Shown here: positions 1-9,477 of the stretch, in pieces
How the letters are laid out: each line of letters begins with the position of its first letter
How positions within the stretch are numbered: the first letter of the stretch is position 1
NCBI GenBank assembly: GCA_964599405.1
Contig: CAZRED010000004.1
Span: 1 to 55,361, forward strand
Length of the DNA stretch: 55,361 bases
Direction of reading: 5' to 3'
From: an uncultured Candidatus Saccharibacteria bacterium
GTDB lineage: Bacteria > Patescibacteriota > UBA1384 > 2-12-FULL-50-11
Made by a program: the position numbers and the translations under genes
Notes under the pieces: model-generated
What the model saw: only the letters and a program-made list of their open reading frames with translations
Told to the model about the DNA's origin: nothing
The model's database searches: none

Positions 1-2
1 CA

Positions 3-485
3 CCAGATGAGCATACCCACGTCGGGGTGACTTTCTCCGGTCAAAAAAACCTAGAAACACTCCAGAAAACTCTCAAAACGGCTCTTGGGGCTGAAATATT
101 GTTGCATTCACCGCCGTCCGAGCTGCTGCATCGCTATAACGTCAAGCAACCCCATGTTTACTACGGCGAGATTACTTTAGAGAAACTGACCGTTAGCTCT
201 AGCGGCGACGTTAAAACCGCCTTGCCAAGCTTCCAAGCTCTAAGCAAATACCCACCACTCGTGCGTGATGTTTCCATTACCGCTAACCTCGACTCAACTG
301 AATTGTCCAAGCTATTTCCCGAGCTACTGTTGGTGGAAAAAATTGACAGCTATACCAATCCCGAAACCAACAAAACCAGCGATACCTACCGGCTAATCTT
401 CCAAAAACACGCCGGAAGCTTCACCCAGGAAGAAATCTCCAAGATTGACACCAAAATCAATCAACACTTCTTCAACGAAGCCTAA
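3..485 (+). CDS. pheT: Phenylalanine--tRNA ligase beta subunit, C-terminal part (5' truncated by window)
   Basis: Frame open from the window edge; C-terminal FDX-ACB-like motif SKYPPLVRDVS...YRLIFQ...FTQEEI. Confidence 0.8.
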   Translation, partial: PDEHTHVGVTFSGQKNLETLQKTLKTALGAEILLHSPPSELLHRYNVKQPHVYYGEITLEKLTVSSSGDVKTALPSFQALSKYPPLVRDVSITANLDSTELSKLFPELLLVEKIDSYTNPETNKTSDTYRLIFQKHAGSFTQEEISKIDTKINQHFFNEA

Positions 486-504
486 TCAGGTAAGATACCT
501 AGTG

Positions 505-1878
505 ATGAAACGGGTTCTTAGCGATAAAGTTGCTCACCACGTTGGCCAAGAGGTGCTAATGCAGGGTTGGGCGGCGACAGTCCGCGACCACTCGAAAGTT
601 GCCTTTATTGACCTGCGTGATCGAACTGGCGTCACCCAAGTAGTTTTAACGGGCGAATTGTTAGAAATGGCCCGAAAAGTTACCGCCGAATCGGTGATTA
701 GCGTTACCGGCGAAGTCACGGAGCGACCGCAGTCACTGGTTAACCCAAACCTTCCGAGCGGCACAGTGGAGCTACAAGCCAAAGAACTTGTTATCGAAAC
801 CCTGGCCGAGCCCTTGCCGTTTCCGCTCAACGATCGCAACGTATCGGAAGAAAGCCGGCTGAAACACCGCTACCTAGATTTGCGCTCGCAAAAAATGGCC
901 GAAAATATCCGCCTTCGTCACGCCATGAACCAATATCTGCGCGACGAACTAACTAAAAACAATTTTACTGAGGTAGAAACACCGTATATCTCCAAATCTA
1001 CTCCCGAAGGCGCCCGTGACTACCTGGTTCCCAGCCGAATCATGCCCGGAAACTTCTACGCCCTGCCGCAGTCACCGCAGCAGTACAAACAGTTGTTGAT
1101 GGTGGCGGGCGTTGAGCGCTACTTCCAAATTGCCCGCTGTTTTCGTGACGAAGACGCGCGTGGTGATCGACAGCCGGAGTTTACCCAGCTCGATATTGAA
1201 ATGAGTTTTACCAGCCAAGATGAGCTATTGAATCTTGTTGAAGAGCTATTCCTAGGAATGGTCAAAAAGTATTTCCCGGAAAAAACTTTAACCTTTACCA
1301 CTATTCCACGGCTGACATACCAAGAAGTCATGGAAAAATACGGCACCGACAAGCCGGATCTACGTAAAGACACTGGTAACAATGACGAGTTGGCTTTTGC
1401 TTTTATTGTTGATTTCCCCCTGTTTGAATGGAAGGAAAAAGAACAGCGCTACGACTCCGTTCACCACCCCTTTACCGCGCCAAAACCGGAATGGGCCGAT
1501 AACTTTGAAAAGAAACCTAAAGTTGCGCTTTCCCAGCAGTACGACTTTGTATTAAACGGCTCGGAAATTGCCGGCGGCAGTATCCGAATCCACCAACCGG
1601 AGATGTTAGAGCGGGTATTTGCTTTTCTGGGCCACGACAAAAAGAAAATTCATGACGATTTCGGGCACATGTTGGAAGCTTTTCGTTACGGCGTCCCACC
1701 GCACGGCGGCATTGCGCCAGGACTGGATCGGATCTACGCCATCCTGCTCAAAGAACAAACCATTCGCGACGTCATTGCCTTTGCCAAAGCCGGGGACGGC
1801 CGGGATTTAATGATGAACTCGCCAAGCCCAGTCGATCCTAACCAACTAAAAGAGCTTGGTATCAAGTTAACCAAGTAG
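505..1878 (+). CDS. aspS: Aspartate--tRNA ligase (short form without GAD domain, probably non-discriminating)
   Basis: RDH..FIDLRDRTG, TPEGARDY, LPQSPQQYKQLLM, FRDED, PPHGGIAPGLDR; ATG at 505 preferred. Confidence 0.96.
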   Translation: MKRVLSDKVAHHVGQEVLMQGWAATVRDHSKVAFIDLRDRTGVTQVVLTGELLEMARKVTAESVISVTGEVTERPQSLVNPNLPSGTVELQAKELVIETLAEPLPFPLNDRNVSEESRLKHRYLDLRSQKMAENIRLRHAMNQYLRDELTKNNFTEVETPYISKSTPEGARDYLVPSRIMPGNFYALPQSPQQYKQLLMVAGVERYFQIARCFRDEDARGDRQPEFTQLDIEMSFTSQDELLNLVEELFLGMVKKYFPEKTLTFTTIPRLTYQEVMEKYGTDKPDLRKDTGNNDELAFAFIVDFPLFEWKEKEQRYDSVHHPFTAPKPEWADNFEKKPKVALSQQYDFVLNGSEIAGGSIRIHQPEMLERVFAFLGHDKKKIHDDFGHMLEAFRYGVPPHGGIAPGLDRIYAILLKEQTIRDVIAFAKAGDGRDLMMNSPSPVDPNQLKELGIKLTK

Positions 1879-1880
1879 CA

Positions 1881-2876
1881 ATGGACGGGATTGCTTACCG
1901 GCCAGTCAGTGCAATGTCTGAGCGCAAAAAACGGCCACTGCGCAAAGCGATATTACTATTATTAGGGTTGTCGTTACTGTTTATTCGCCAAACCGGCGAC
2001 ATTGTTGGTGTCGAAGCATCCCAGCTCACCATCGTACCGCCAGCGCTGCTAGCTGAAACCAAAGACTACCTAGCCGTTGCTGATAAAGCCCCGAAACCGC
2101 CGGTCTTTGCCAAAAGCTACTTATTGCTTGACCCACGCACGGCGGAAGTGCTGATTGGCCAAAATACCGAAGCATCGGTGCCGATCGCCTCCACGACCAA
2201 AATGGTCACGGCGCTGGTGGCCAGGGAGCTCTATAAACTAGACGAAACGGTCAAGATATCGTCGCTGGCCGCCAATATCAACGGCTCTGACATCCAATTA
2301 ACACTGGGCGAAGAAATAACGGTTCACGAACTGTTGCGGGGGTTGATGATTCAATCCGGTAACGACGCCGCTTTCGCCCTGGCCGACCATTACAGCCCGG
2401 ACGAGAACGACTATAAGATGTTCGTGGTTAAAATGAATGAGTACGTCCAAAAAGTCGGTTTGAAAAACACCGTTTTTGGCGACCCCGCCGGCCTGGATGA
2501 TGAAATTGGTCGCTCCACTGCCTGGGACTTAGCCCAAATCGCCCGCTTGGTGCTGGCCGATAAGGTCTTGGCCGACATTGTTGCCACAGCCCGAACTACT
2601 ATCACTTCCATTGATGGCTCGGCCATCCACGAACTAACTAGTTCCAATCGTTTGCTACTTGGCGATTCACCATACTACCTGCCGGGTGCGCTCGGTGTTA
2701 AAACCGGTTTCACGCCCGACGCCGGGCACTGCCTGGTGTCGGCCTACCAATCCACTAACGGTTTACTCATTGGCGTGGTTTTAAATACTGCCGAATACAC
2801 CATCACCGCTTCCGCATCTGAATCACGGAAACTTTATCAGTGGGCAGACCGATATATTGAACAGCGCACTTACTAG
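1881..2876 (+). CDS. D-alanyl-D-alanine carboxypeptidase (peptidase S11)
   Basis: SxxK (ASTTK), SGN and KTG motifs; N-terminal hydrophobic anchor. Confidence 0.9.
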   Translation: MDGIAYRPVSAMSERKKRPLRKAILLLLGLSLLFIRQTGDIVGVEASQLTIVPPALLAETKDYLAVADKAPKPPVFAKSYLLLDPRTAEVLIGQNTEASVPIASTTKMVTALVARELYKLDETVKISSLAANINGSDIQLTLGEEITVHELLRGLMIQSGNDAAFALADHYSPDENDYKMFVVKMNEYVQKVGLKNTVFGDPAGLDDEIGRSTAWDLAQIARLVLADKVLADIVATARTTITSIDGSAIHELTSSNRLLLGDSPYYLPGALGVKTGFTPDAGHCLVSAYQSTNGLLIGVVLNTAEYTITASASESRKLYQWADRYIEQRTY

Positions 2877-3002
2877 ATAGAAGATCATCCAACACCCCTT
2901 GACAAGCTTTGTAATAGGTTTAGATATAGGTATTAACAAGAAAACATCTTTTGGTAAAAAACAATATAATATTTACCAAATAGGTATTAAGAAAGGAGTT
3001 AG

Positions 3003-3686
3003 ATGAATATCGATATGTGGGGAACAGAAGTGCGAGACGCTCTCCAGACCCTTTGGGACCGGATTGTTGATTTTGCACCGAATTTGATTGGCGCCGTCGT
3101 CATTGCCGTTGTCGGCGCGATTGTCGCTGTAATTTTAGGTTACGTGGTAACCGCCATACTGCGAGCTATTCGCTTGCAAAGCTTGTCGGATCAGAGCAAG
3201 TTCACAGAAGTTCTGAAACGGGCACGGCTGCGAACTGACATTGCCGAGATTTCCGGCGTTTTCGTTCGTTGGTTGGTTATCCTTGGGTTCTTAATTCCGG
3301 CTGCCATTGTTCTACGAGTAGATGGTGTCCGCGAATTCGTTGAAGGCGTACTAGCTTACATCCCACGTGTGTTGGGTGTAGTTGTGTTGGTCTGGTTTGC
3401 CCACGTGATTATCGAATCATTGGCTAAGCTTACCCGCGCTGCCGCAGACAGCCTTGGCTCAACTATCGGAAAACTATCCGAGAGCACTGTCCGCTGGGCA
3501 ATGTATCTGTCGGTAGGTATTACCGCAATGTTTGCTCTAGGCGTACCGCGAGAATTCACCGTTATTATCTTTGTCGGTGTTGTCTCTGCCTTGGCACTCG
3601 GCATCGGCTTGGCTCTGGGACTCGGTGGTAAAGACCACATGAACGATCTGGTCAAGAACGTCCGCGACGAACTCAAGCAGAAGTAA
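3003..3686 (+). CDS. TM-helix repeat membrane protein (CmpX / MscS-associated type)
   Basis: Repeated FAPNLIGA / YIPRVLGV helices, GLALGLGGK end; SD AAGGAG upstream. Confidence 0.75.
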   Translation: MNIDMWGTEVRDALQTLWDRIVDFAPNLIGAVVIAVVGAIVAVILGYVVTAILRAIRLQSLSDQSKFTEVLKRARLRTDIAEISGVFVRWLVILGFLIPAAIVLRVDGVREFVEGVLAYIPRVLGVVVLVWFAHVIIESLAKLTRAAADSLGSTIGKLSESTVRWAMYLSVGITAMFALGVPREFTVIIFVGVVSALALGIGLALGLGGKDHMNDLVKNVRDELKQK

Positions 3687-3704
3687 TTGAATTTAAAGTT
3701 TAGA

Positions 3705-3736
3705 AAAAGCGGCTGGTCGGAAGATCAGCCGCTTTT
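3705..3736. terminator. Bidirectional intrinsic terminator
   Basis: aaaagcggctggtc/gatcagccgctttt inverted repeat between convergent genes. Confidence 0.7.
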
Positions 3737-4021
3737 GTTGTAGTCGCCCTCTTTCATGTCCCGTCTCTGCGAAACGACGAACACATGGGTTGCGACTGCC
3801 GATGCTAGAAAAAGAGCAAAGCTTATTGACCCCAGAACGCTCGGGAAGCTCAACGCAACTGCGGTAGCCGCTATAGATACTGCAAATACCCAAAATGCGT
3901 AGAGAAGTGTCGTGAAACCAAAAACCCAGTCATCGAGTTCAGGGTTCATAAGGCGTTCAAGCGGAAGACGCAACATCACGCCGGCAAGTGACATGCCTAG
4001 GAGAATAATTGTAAGGTCCAT
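3725..4021 (-). CDS. Hypothetical membrane protein (98 aa)
   Basis: Three hydrophobic segments; TTGACT-17-TAAAAT promoter ends 6 nt before the ATG. Confidence 0.75.
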   Translation of the reverse strand: MDLTIILLGMSLAGVMLRLPLERLMNPELDDWVFGFTTLLYAFWVFAVSIAATAVALSFPSVLGSISFALFLASAVATHVFVVSQRRDMKEGDYNKSG

Positions 4022-4056
4022 GGCGGAATTTTAGACCCGAAATGCTGTTAAGTCAA

Positions 4057-4740
4057 TCAGTTCTGCCAATTTTTCAGTGCGTTGGCGGCGGCGGCTTGCT
4101 CGGCTTTTTGCTTGGACTGGCCATCGCCTTGGGCAACTAATTCACCTTTGACGTAGACGCCGACGGTAAACATTTTGTCGTGATCTGGCCCCTCGTCTTT
4201 CATCACCCGGTAATCCGGCGTGGCACCGCGGTCTTGTTGGGCCAACTCTTGTAAGTGAGATTTCGGATCAACGTAGAGCTTTTTCTCAATTACTTCCGGC
4301 AGCAGTGAAATAATGTATTTAGTAATAAAAATTTTGGCGGCGTCGTAGCCTTTGTCTATGTATATCCCGCCAATTAACGCTTCGAAGGTGTTAGCCAGAA
4401 TTAACGTCCGGTCGCGACCGCCACTTTTTTCTTCACCCTTGCTAAGTTTTAATAGTTTGCCCAGCTCTAACTTTTCAGCCACTTTAGCCAATACTTCGCC
4501 CTTCACTACGGCGCTGCGCCAGTTGGTTAGTTCGCCCTCCGGATTGGGGAAGGTATTATAGAGGTACTCTGTAACTACCAGCTCCAGTACCGCATCACCC
4601 AAAAATTCCAGCCGTTCGTTGTGCTGCAGGGTCTTATCGTTAACTTCGTTGATATATGAGCGGTGGGTGAACAGCTGCTCCAACAACTTTTGATCGCTAA
4701 AAGTAACACCAATCTCTGCTTGAAGGTCTTTAAGACTCAT
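4057..4740 (-). CDS. rnc: Ribonuclease III
   Basis: HNERLEFLGDAVL signature plus C-terminal dsRBD. Confidence 0.98.
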   Translation of the reverse strand: MSLKDLQAEIGVTFSDQKLLEQLFTHRSYINEVNDKTLQHNERLEFLGDAVLELVVTEYLYNTFPNPEGELTNWRSAVVKGEVLAKVAEKLELGKLLKLSKGEEKSGGRDRTLILANTFEALIGGIYIDKGYDAAKIFITKYIISLLPEVIEKKLYVDPKSHLQELAQQDRGATPDYRVMKDEGPDHDKMFTVGVYVKGELVAQGDGQSKQKAEQAAAANALKNWQN

Positions 4741-5275
4741 CAGGCTTTGGCCCCTCGACTTCGCTCGGGGTCACCTTGAGCTTGTCGAAAGGTGGTTCTT
4801 CAGTTATCTCTTCAATCGGCAGCTCCAGCGGTGGCTCCACGGTTTTTTCTTGCGGGTCTTCTTTGTATTGGTCGCTGTTGCGGTAAAGCGTGCCTAGCAC
4901 ACCATTAATAAACTTCGATGAATTCTCGCCGCCGAAGGTTTTGGCGATTTCCACCGCTTCGTTAATTGCTACTTTCGGTGGTATGTCATCGTCGTGGAGT
5001 AGCTCAAAGGCAGCAAGTCGTAAAATGCTTTTATCAATTATTGAAATCTGGTCCAGCGGCCATTCGGGAGCGGCGTCGGTAATTAATTTATCAATTTCGT
5101 CGCCATACTTAACTGTTCCTTCCAACACCCGTTTTGTGTAATCAACGTCAACATCGTCTTTCACCGGACCCATTACTCGTTCAGCAATTTTTAAAATATC
5201 GCCGCCTGGGTGGAAATCCCATTCGTACAAGGACTGCATAGCCACCGTTCGTGAGAGATGGCGGTTAACCGACAT
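4730..5275 (-). CDS. nusB: Transcription antitermination factor NusB
   Basis: RHLSRTVAMQSLY, IDKSILRL, INEAVEIAK, FINGVLG; ATG overlaps the rpmF stop (TAATG). Confidence 0.95.
   Translation of the reverse strand: MSVNRHLSRTVAMQSLYEWDFHPGGDILKIAERVMGPVKDDVDVDYTKRVLEGTVKYGDEIDKLITDAAPEWPLDQISIIDKSILRLAAFELLHDDDIPPKVAINEAVEIAKTFGGENSSKFINGVLGTLYRNSDQYKEDPQEKTVEPPLELPIEEITEEPPFDKLKVTPSEVEGPKPDES
4751..4792. repeat. REP-like palindromic element in frame within the nusB 3' end
   Basis: cccctcgacttcgctcggggtcaccttgagcttgtcgaaagg imperfect hairpin; translates as PFDKLKVTPSEVEG. Confidence 0.6.
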
Positions 5276-5502
5276 TACTTTTCGTCTTTCTTCTCGTCGG
5301 AAGAATCCAGCACTATTCGCTGGGTTGGCACGTTGCTTTTCACGGCTTTGCCGTTGTAGTAACCGCAAGCTGGGCAGACAAAATGTGGCCGGCTGGGCTT
5401 GCCGCAGTTTTTGCAAAGCACCACGCTGGTTGCGTCAATTTTGTATTGGGCGCGGCGGCGGTGCGTTCGGGTTTTAGATAGTCTCTTTTTTGGCTCAGCC
5501 AT
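5275..5502 (-). CDS. rpmF: 50S ribosomal protein L32
   Basis: MAEPKKRLSKTRTHRRR plus CxxC...CxxCGYY zinc ribbon. Confidence 0.96.
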   Translation of the reverse strand: MAEPKKRLSKTRTHRRRAQYKIDATSVVLCKNCGKPSRPHFVCPACGYYNGKAVKSNVPTQRIVLDSSDEKKDEK

Positions 5503-5529
5503 TACCTGCAAATTGTACCAAAATACTGG

Positions 5530-8340
5530 TTACCCAACAAGGATGTTTACTACTGCCCCAGGTTTATAAATAACTGTGCTACTCTTTCCAGCAATTTTCG
5601 CTTTTATGTCGGCGTTATCACCAACAACTGCTTCTGCCGCTGCTTGCGAGCCCGGATCATCAATGTTGGCAATAAATCGCTGGTTTAGTAGTACCGGTAT
5701 CTGTTTGGTTGCTAATTTACCACTGCTGACCGGCCAATTTGCGATAAATACCGACTGGTCATGTCCTAAGTTGCTATACAATTCTTCGGCTAGGTAGGGG
5801 AAAACGGGGGATAGGGTAATAACGAATTTTTCAACCAGTTCCTGGGAAATACCGGTTTTTTCCACGGTATTGGCGTACTTCATGTACTCTGATACCACTG
5901 TATTCAGGCGGAAATTGGCGATCATGTTGTTAATTTGGTCTAAATATTGCTCAAACGCCGCTGTCATTTCCGGAGTAGTTGTCTCGCCGATTTTCTCCGC
6001 TAAGTTAGATGCTTTAATTATGAAACGGTGAACGCCGTTAATCCCGTTCGGGCTCCATTCTGCTTCGATATCCAGCGGACCGATAAATAGTTCGTAACCG
6101 CGTAGCGCGTCAGTGCCGTAGTGCTGGATTAGTGGGTCGGGCGAAACGACGTTACCTTTGCTTTTACTCATCTTAGCGCCGTGCATATTAATCATTCCTA
6201 TATTGAAGAGTTTCTTGAAAGGCTCTGGCTCACCTGGGCTGATGTATTTATGTTGGACTAAAAACCTGTACATAAATCGGGCATATAGCAGGTGCAGGGT
6301 AGCGTGCTCAATGCCGCCGATATACAGATCCACCGGTAGCCATTTTTTAACCAAATCTTTGTCGAACGGCTGTTTTTCGTCGTTGGGTGTTAGATAGCGC
6401 ATGAAATACCACGATGAATCAACGAACGTGTCTAATGTGTCCGTATCAAAATGCCAGCCCTTGCCGTAGAGTTTCTCGGCTAGTTTTTTGTATTCGGCAG
6501 ATTTGGCCAACGGACTCTCGCCGCCCGGTAAAAAGTCGACATCTTCTGGCAGCTGCAATGGCAAGTGCTCGTCTTTAACTGGGTGCGGCTTACCTTCAGG
6601 ATCGTAAACAATCGGAATCGGTGCTCCCCAGTAACGTTGGCGGCTAACTAGCCAGTCGCGTAAGCGGTAGGTGGTGGTAAACTTTCCAACGTCGTTAGCT
6701 TCTAGCTCGGCGACAATCCGGTCGGTGGCCTCTTCCGAAGATTCTTCCGAATACGGGCCGGAGTTAACTAAAATACCGCTGCCAGAAAATATTTCACCTT
6801 TCATTAAACGATTAAACACCGTTCGATGCAGTTCATCGGCCACTTTTTGCTCGGCAACGTTTTTATCTAACCACTCAACGGTAAATTTGCCTTTTTCCAT
6901 GTCGTCGAGAGCAGTTTTATCTTGTTCGTCGTTCTCTAATTGGAAATACAGCCCGGTGGCCTGGATATAGCGGTTAACCCCTTTGGAATGGGCAATATAG
7001 TGATGATGGATTGTTTCTGTTTGAGCGATAAACCGGATGTTTTTATATCCTGTTTCTTCAGTAATTTCGCGCTTGGCAGTTTCAGCTGGGTCTTCACCCT
7101 CTTCCGTCCCGCCACCAATGAATAAGTTACCGCCCAGTTCCGACCCCCAATTAATTGATAACACTTTGCCGCTTTTGGGGTTTTCCACAATCGCCACAAT
7201 ACTCCGACGAAACTCCTCGTTTTCCAGGGGAGCTCCGGTAACTGGCTCAATAACCACTTTCACCGGCAGATCGTGAGCTTTGGCAAACATGAAGTCGCGC
7301 TCGTCGTGGGCTGGTACCGACATTACTGCGCCGGTGCCGTATTCCATTAATACGTAGTCGGCGATCCAAATTGGTAGTTTTTCTTGAGTTAGTGGGTGAA
7401 CGGCGTAACCGCCGGTAAACACCGCTGTTTTAGCGGTTTCTTTACCTTGTGCCCGATCAACGTTGGTTTTCGCCGCCACCGTCTCATAGTAAGCCTCAAA
7501 TTCGGCTGCTTTACCGTTTTTAGCGCAAAGTTCTTTGGCCAGTGGGTGCTCCGGAGCTAAAACAATCGCCGTCACGCCGAACAACGTGTCCGGCCGGGTA
7601 GTAAAAACCGTAATTTTGAGATTTGAGGTTTGAGTTTTGAACTCAACTTCCGCCCCGTTGCTTTTCCCAATCCAGTTTCGCTGCAAGGTTTTGACGTGTT
7701 CCGGCCATTCAACATCGTCTAAGCCTTCTAATAACTCATCAGCTAGTTTGGTGGTTTGAAAATACCACTGCTCCAGCTCTTTTTTGGTAACCTTGCTACC
7801 GCAGCGCTCGCAGCAACCGTTAACAACTTGTTCGTTAGCTAGCACTGTTTGATCTTTCGGACACCAATTTACTAACGATTGTCGTTTTTCGGCAAAACCG
7901 TGATTAAACAGCTGTAAAAACAGCCACTGCGTCCAACGGTAGTATTCGGGGGAGCTAGTATTGAGGGTTTTGGTCCAGTCGTAAGCAGCCCCGATTTGCT
8001 TCAATTGTTTCGAAAATGTCTCAATAGCTGCGTCAGTAAATTTTTTCGGGTGGGACTTACTTTTGATCGCAGCATTTTCAGCCGGCAAGCCGAAAGCATC
8101 AAATCCCATTGGATGTAGAACAGCTTTTCCTTGCAAACGGGCATGGCGGGCGTAGAAATCACTCATCACGTAGCCGCGCCAGTGGCCGACGTGCAGGCCA
8201 TCACCGGAGGGGTAGGGGAACATATCCAGGCAGTAAAACTTGTCAGTGGCTTTGGCTGGATTCACTACATACAGCTTCTGTTCCGCCCAGTATTTATTCC
8301 ACTTCGCTTCAATTTCGCGGTGGTTGTAGGACTTAGCCAT
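5530..8340 (-). CDS. leuS: Leucine--tRNA ligase with inserted Nudix domain
   Basis: MFPYPSG.LHVGH (HIGH), GTGAVMSVPAHDERD editing motif, KMSKS; Nudix box near 7045-7116. Confidence 0.97.
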   Translation of the reverse strand: MAKSYNHREIEAKWNKYWAEQKLYVVNPAKATDKFYCLDMFPYPSGDGLHVGHWRGYVMSDFYARHARLQGKAVLHPMGFDAFGLPAENAAIKSKSHPKKFTDAAIETFSKQLKQIGAAYDWTKTLNTSSPEYYRWTQWLFLQLFNHGFAEKRQSLVNWCPKDQTVLANEQVVNGCCERCGSKVTKKELEQWYFQTTKLADELLEGLDDVEWPEHVKTLQRNWIGKSNGAEVEFKTQTSNLKITVFTTRPDTLFGVTAIVLAPEHPLAKELCAKNGKAAEFEAYYETVAAKTNVDRAQGKETAKTAVFTGGYAVHPLTQEKLPIWIADYVLMEYGTGAVMSVPAHDERDFMFAKAHDLPVKVVIEPVTGAPLENEEFRRSIVAIVENPKSGKVLSINWGSELGGNLFIGGGTEEGEDPAETAKREITEETGYKNIRFIAQTETIHHHYIAHSKGVNRYIQATGLYFQLENDEQDKTALDDMEKGKFTVEWLDKNVAEQKVADELHRTVFNRLMKGEIFSGSGILVNSGPYSEESSEEATDRIVAELEANDVGKFTTTYRLRDWLVSRQRYWGAPIPIVYDPEGKPHPVKDEHLPLQLPEDVDFLPGGESPLAKSAEYKKLAEKLYGKGWHFDTDTLDTFVDSSWYFMRYLTPNDEKQPFDKDLVKKWLPVDLYIGGIEHATLHLLYARFMYRFLVQHKYISPGEPEPFKKLFNIGMINMHGAKMSKSKGNVVSPDPLIQHYGTDALRGYELFIGPLDIEAEWSPNGINGVHRFIIKASNLAEKIGETTTPEMTAAFEQYLDQINNMIANFRLNTVVSEYMKYANTVEKTGISQELVEKFVITLSPVFPYLAEELYSNLGHDQSVFIANWPVSSGKLATKQIPVLLNQRFIANIDDPGSQAAAEAVVGDNADIKAKIAGKSSTVIYKPGAVVNILVG

Positions 8341-8435
8341 CTTGCCACTAGTATATCGAGTCGTATCTGGTTAGGGAACTAGGCAGCCAAACAGTGTTCT
8401 GCTACAAATAACCCAAAGGGGAGGAGGTGAGACGC

Positions 8436-8648
8436 ATGAAAATGAGTGGAACAGATATGATAATTTGGGTGTTGGTGACGCTTGGAGCCCTAAACTGGGG
8501 TCTAATCGGTGCCTTCGACTTTAACTTGGTAACGTCTATTTTTAACGATGGTACGTTTACCCGGGTGATCTACATAATTATCGGTTTGGCTGCGGTTTGG
8601 AGTTTGGTAACAATGTTCTCCAAGAGTGGTTCTAACCAGCAGATGTAG
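8436..8648 (+). CDS. DUF378 family small membrane protein
   Basis: LGALNWGLIGAFDFNLV...YIIIGLAA; strong SD GGAGGTG. Confidence 0.9.
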   Translation: MKMSGTDMIIWVLVTLGALNWGLIGAFDFNLVTSIFNDGTFTRVIYIIIGLAAVWSLVTMFSKSGSNQQM

Positions 8649-8657
8649 CGTCTCGCC

Positions 8658-8798
8658 ATGGATAATAGTTCGTATTATGGTCTCGCTATTTTAGGTGTCG
8701 CCCTGCTATTCGGAATATTCTTCGCCCGCAAGCTTTTTGCGATAATTTTGCTACTTGGCGTTATTGCCGCCAGTGCTTGGTATTTTTTCTTCCGGTAG
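8658..8798 (+). CDS. Small hydrophobic protein (46 aa, not in ORF track)
   Basis: MDNSSYYGLAILGVALLFGIFFARKLFAIILLLGVIAASAWYFFFR; 9 nt after the DUF378 stop. Confidence 0.6.
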   Translation: MDNSSYYGLAILGVALLFGIFFARKLFAIILLLGVIAASAWYFFFR

Positions 8799-8869
8799 TC
8801 GTCTCAATCCTCTTGAAGAGTAATTAAAAAGCGCCCAACTTGCCAATGTTTTAAATAATAGTCTTAAGG

Positions 8870-8895
8870 CGAATATGTGTTTAAACACATATTCG
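8870..8895. promoter_or_regulatory. Perfect 26-bp palindrome upstream of a sigma70 promoter (TTGATA 8913-8918, TAAAAT 8936-8941)
   Basis: cgaatatgtgttt|aaacacatattcg. Confidence 0.5.
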
Positions 8896-8963
8896 TCCCA
8901 TGGGCGTTTCTATTGATATTTTGGTGAAAAATAGTTAAAATATTGGCACTTCGGAGGAAAGAT

Positions 8964-9398
8964 TTGGAAGAAGAATTCTGTGAAACGCACTTTACAATGT
9001 TCGTCCGGGCGCTCGACAGCTACCCCGGCGGCGTCACCACTGGGAACGACCTCAAAGACTTGGCTGACTTGGTTATAAAAGAGTGCTGCAAGAGCCACGC
9101 TCTAGACGCACTAATGCTAATGGCCGAGAAGGATTTCCGACTGTACCGGGAGTATGTTGTCGAAGGGTTTGAGCAGTTGGGGGCCGCCAAAGCGCTTAAT
9201 TGCCTTGAGATGGCCGAAGAAGCGGATACTGACATGTCCGTCTTTCTTGACCTATTCGATAAGGTAATCAAAGAAGATAGCCAAGCGGTTTACTTGCGAA
9301 TGTTTCCGTACGTGATTCATTTTCGAGAGGAAGAGATACTGGCCCACATTGATCGCACCAGTAACGCTTCAGCAGCGCTACTAATCATCGAGCTATGA
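8964..9398 (+). CDS. Hypothetical protein
   Basis: Own promoter, SD GGAGG 6 nt before TTG 8964, terminator at 9412-9436. Confidence 0.65.
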   Translation: MEEEFCETHFTMFVRALDSYPGGVTTGNDLKDLADLVIKECCKSHALDALMLMAEKDFRLYREYVVEGFEQLGAAKALNCLEMAEEADTDMSVFLDLFDKVIKEDSQAVYLRMFPYVIHFREEEILAHIDRTSNASAALLIIEL

Positions 9399-9411
9399 GC
9401 CACACGACTTA

Positions 9412-9436
9412 GGCCGCGGTAAAACGCGGTCTTTTT
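9412..9436 (+). terminator. Intrinsic terminator
   Basis: ggccgcg-gtaaaa-cgcggtc followed by T tract. Confidence 0.6.
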
Positions 9437-9477
9437 CTTACATTGAAACATCCGGTCATAGAGATTACGGTAATTAT

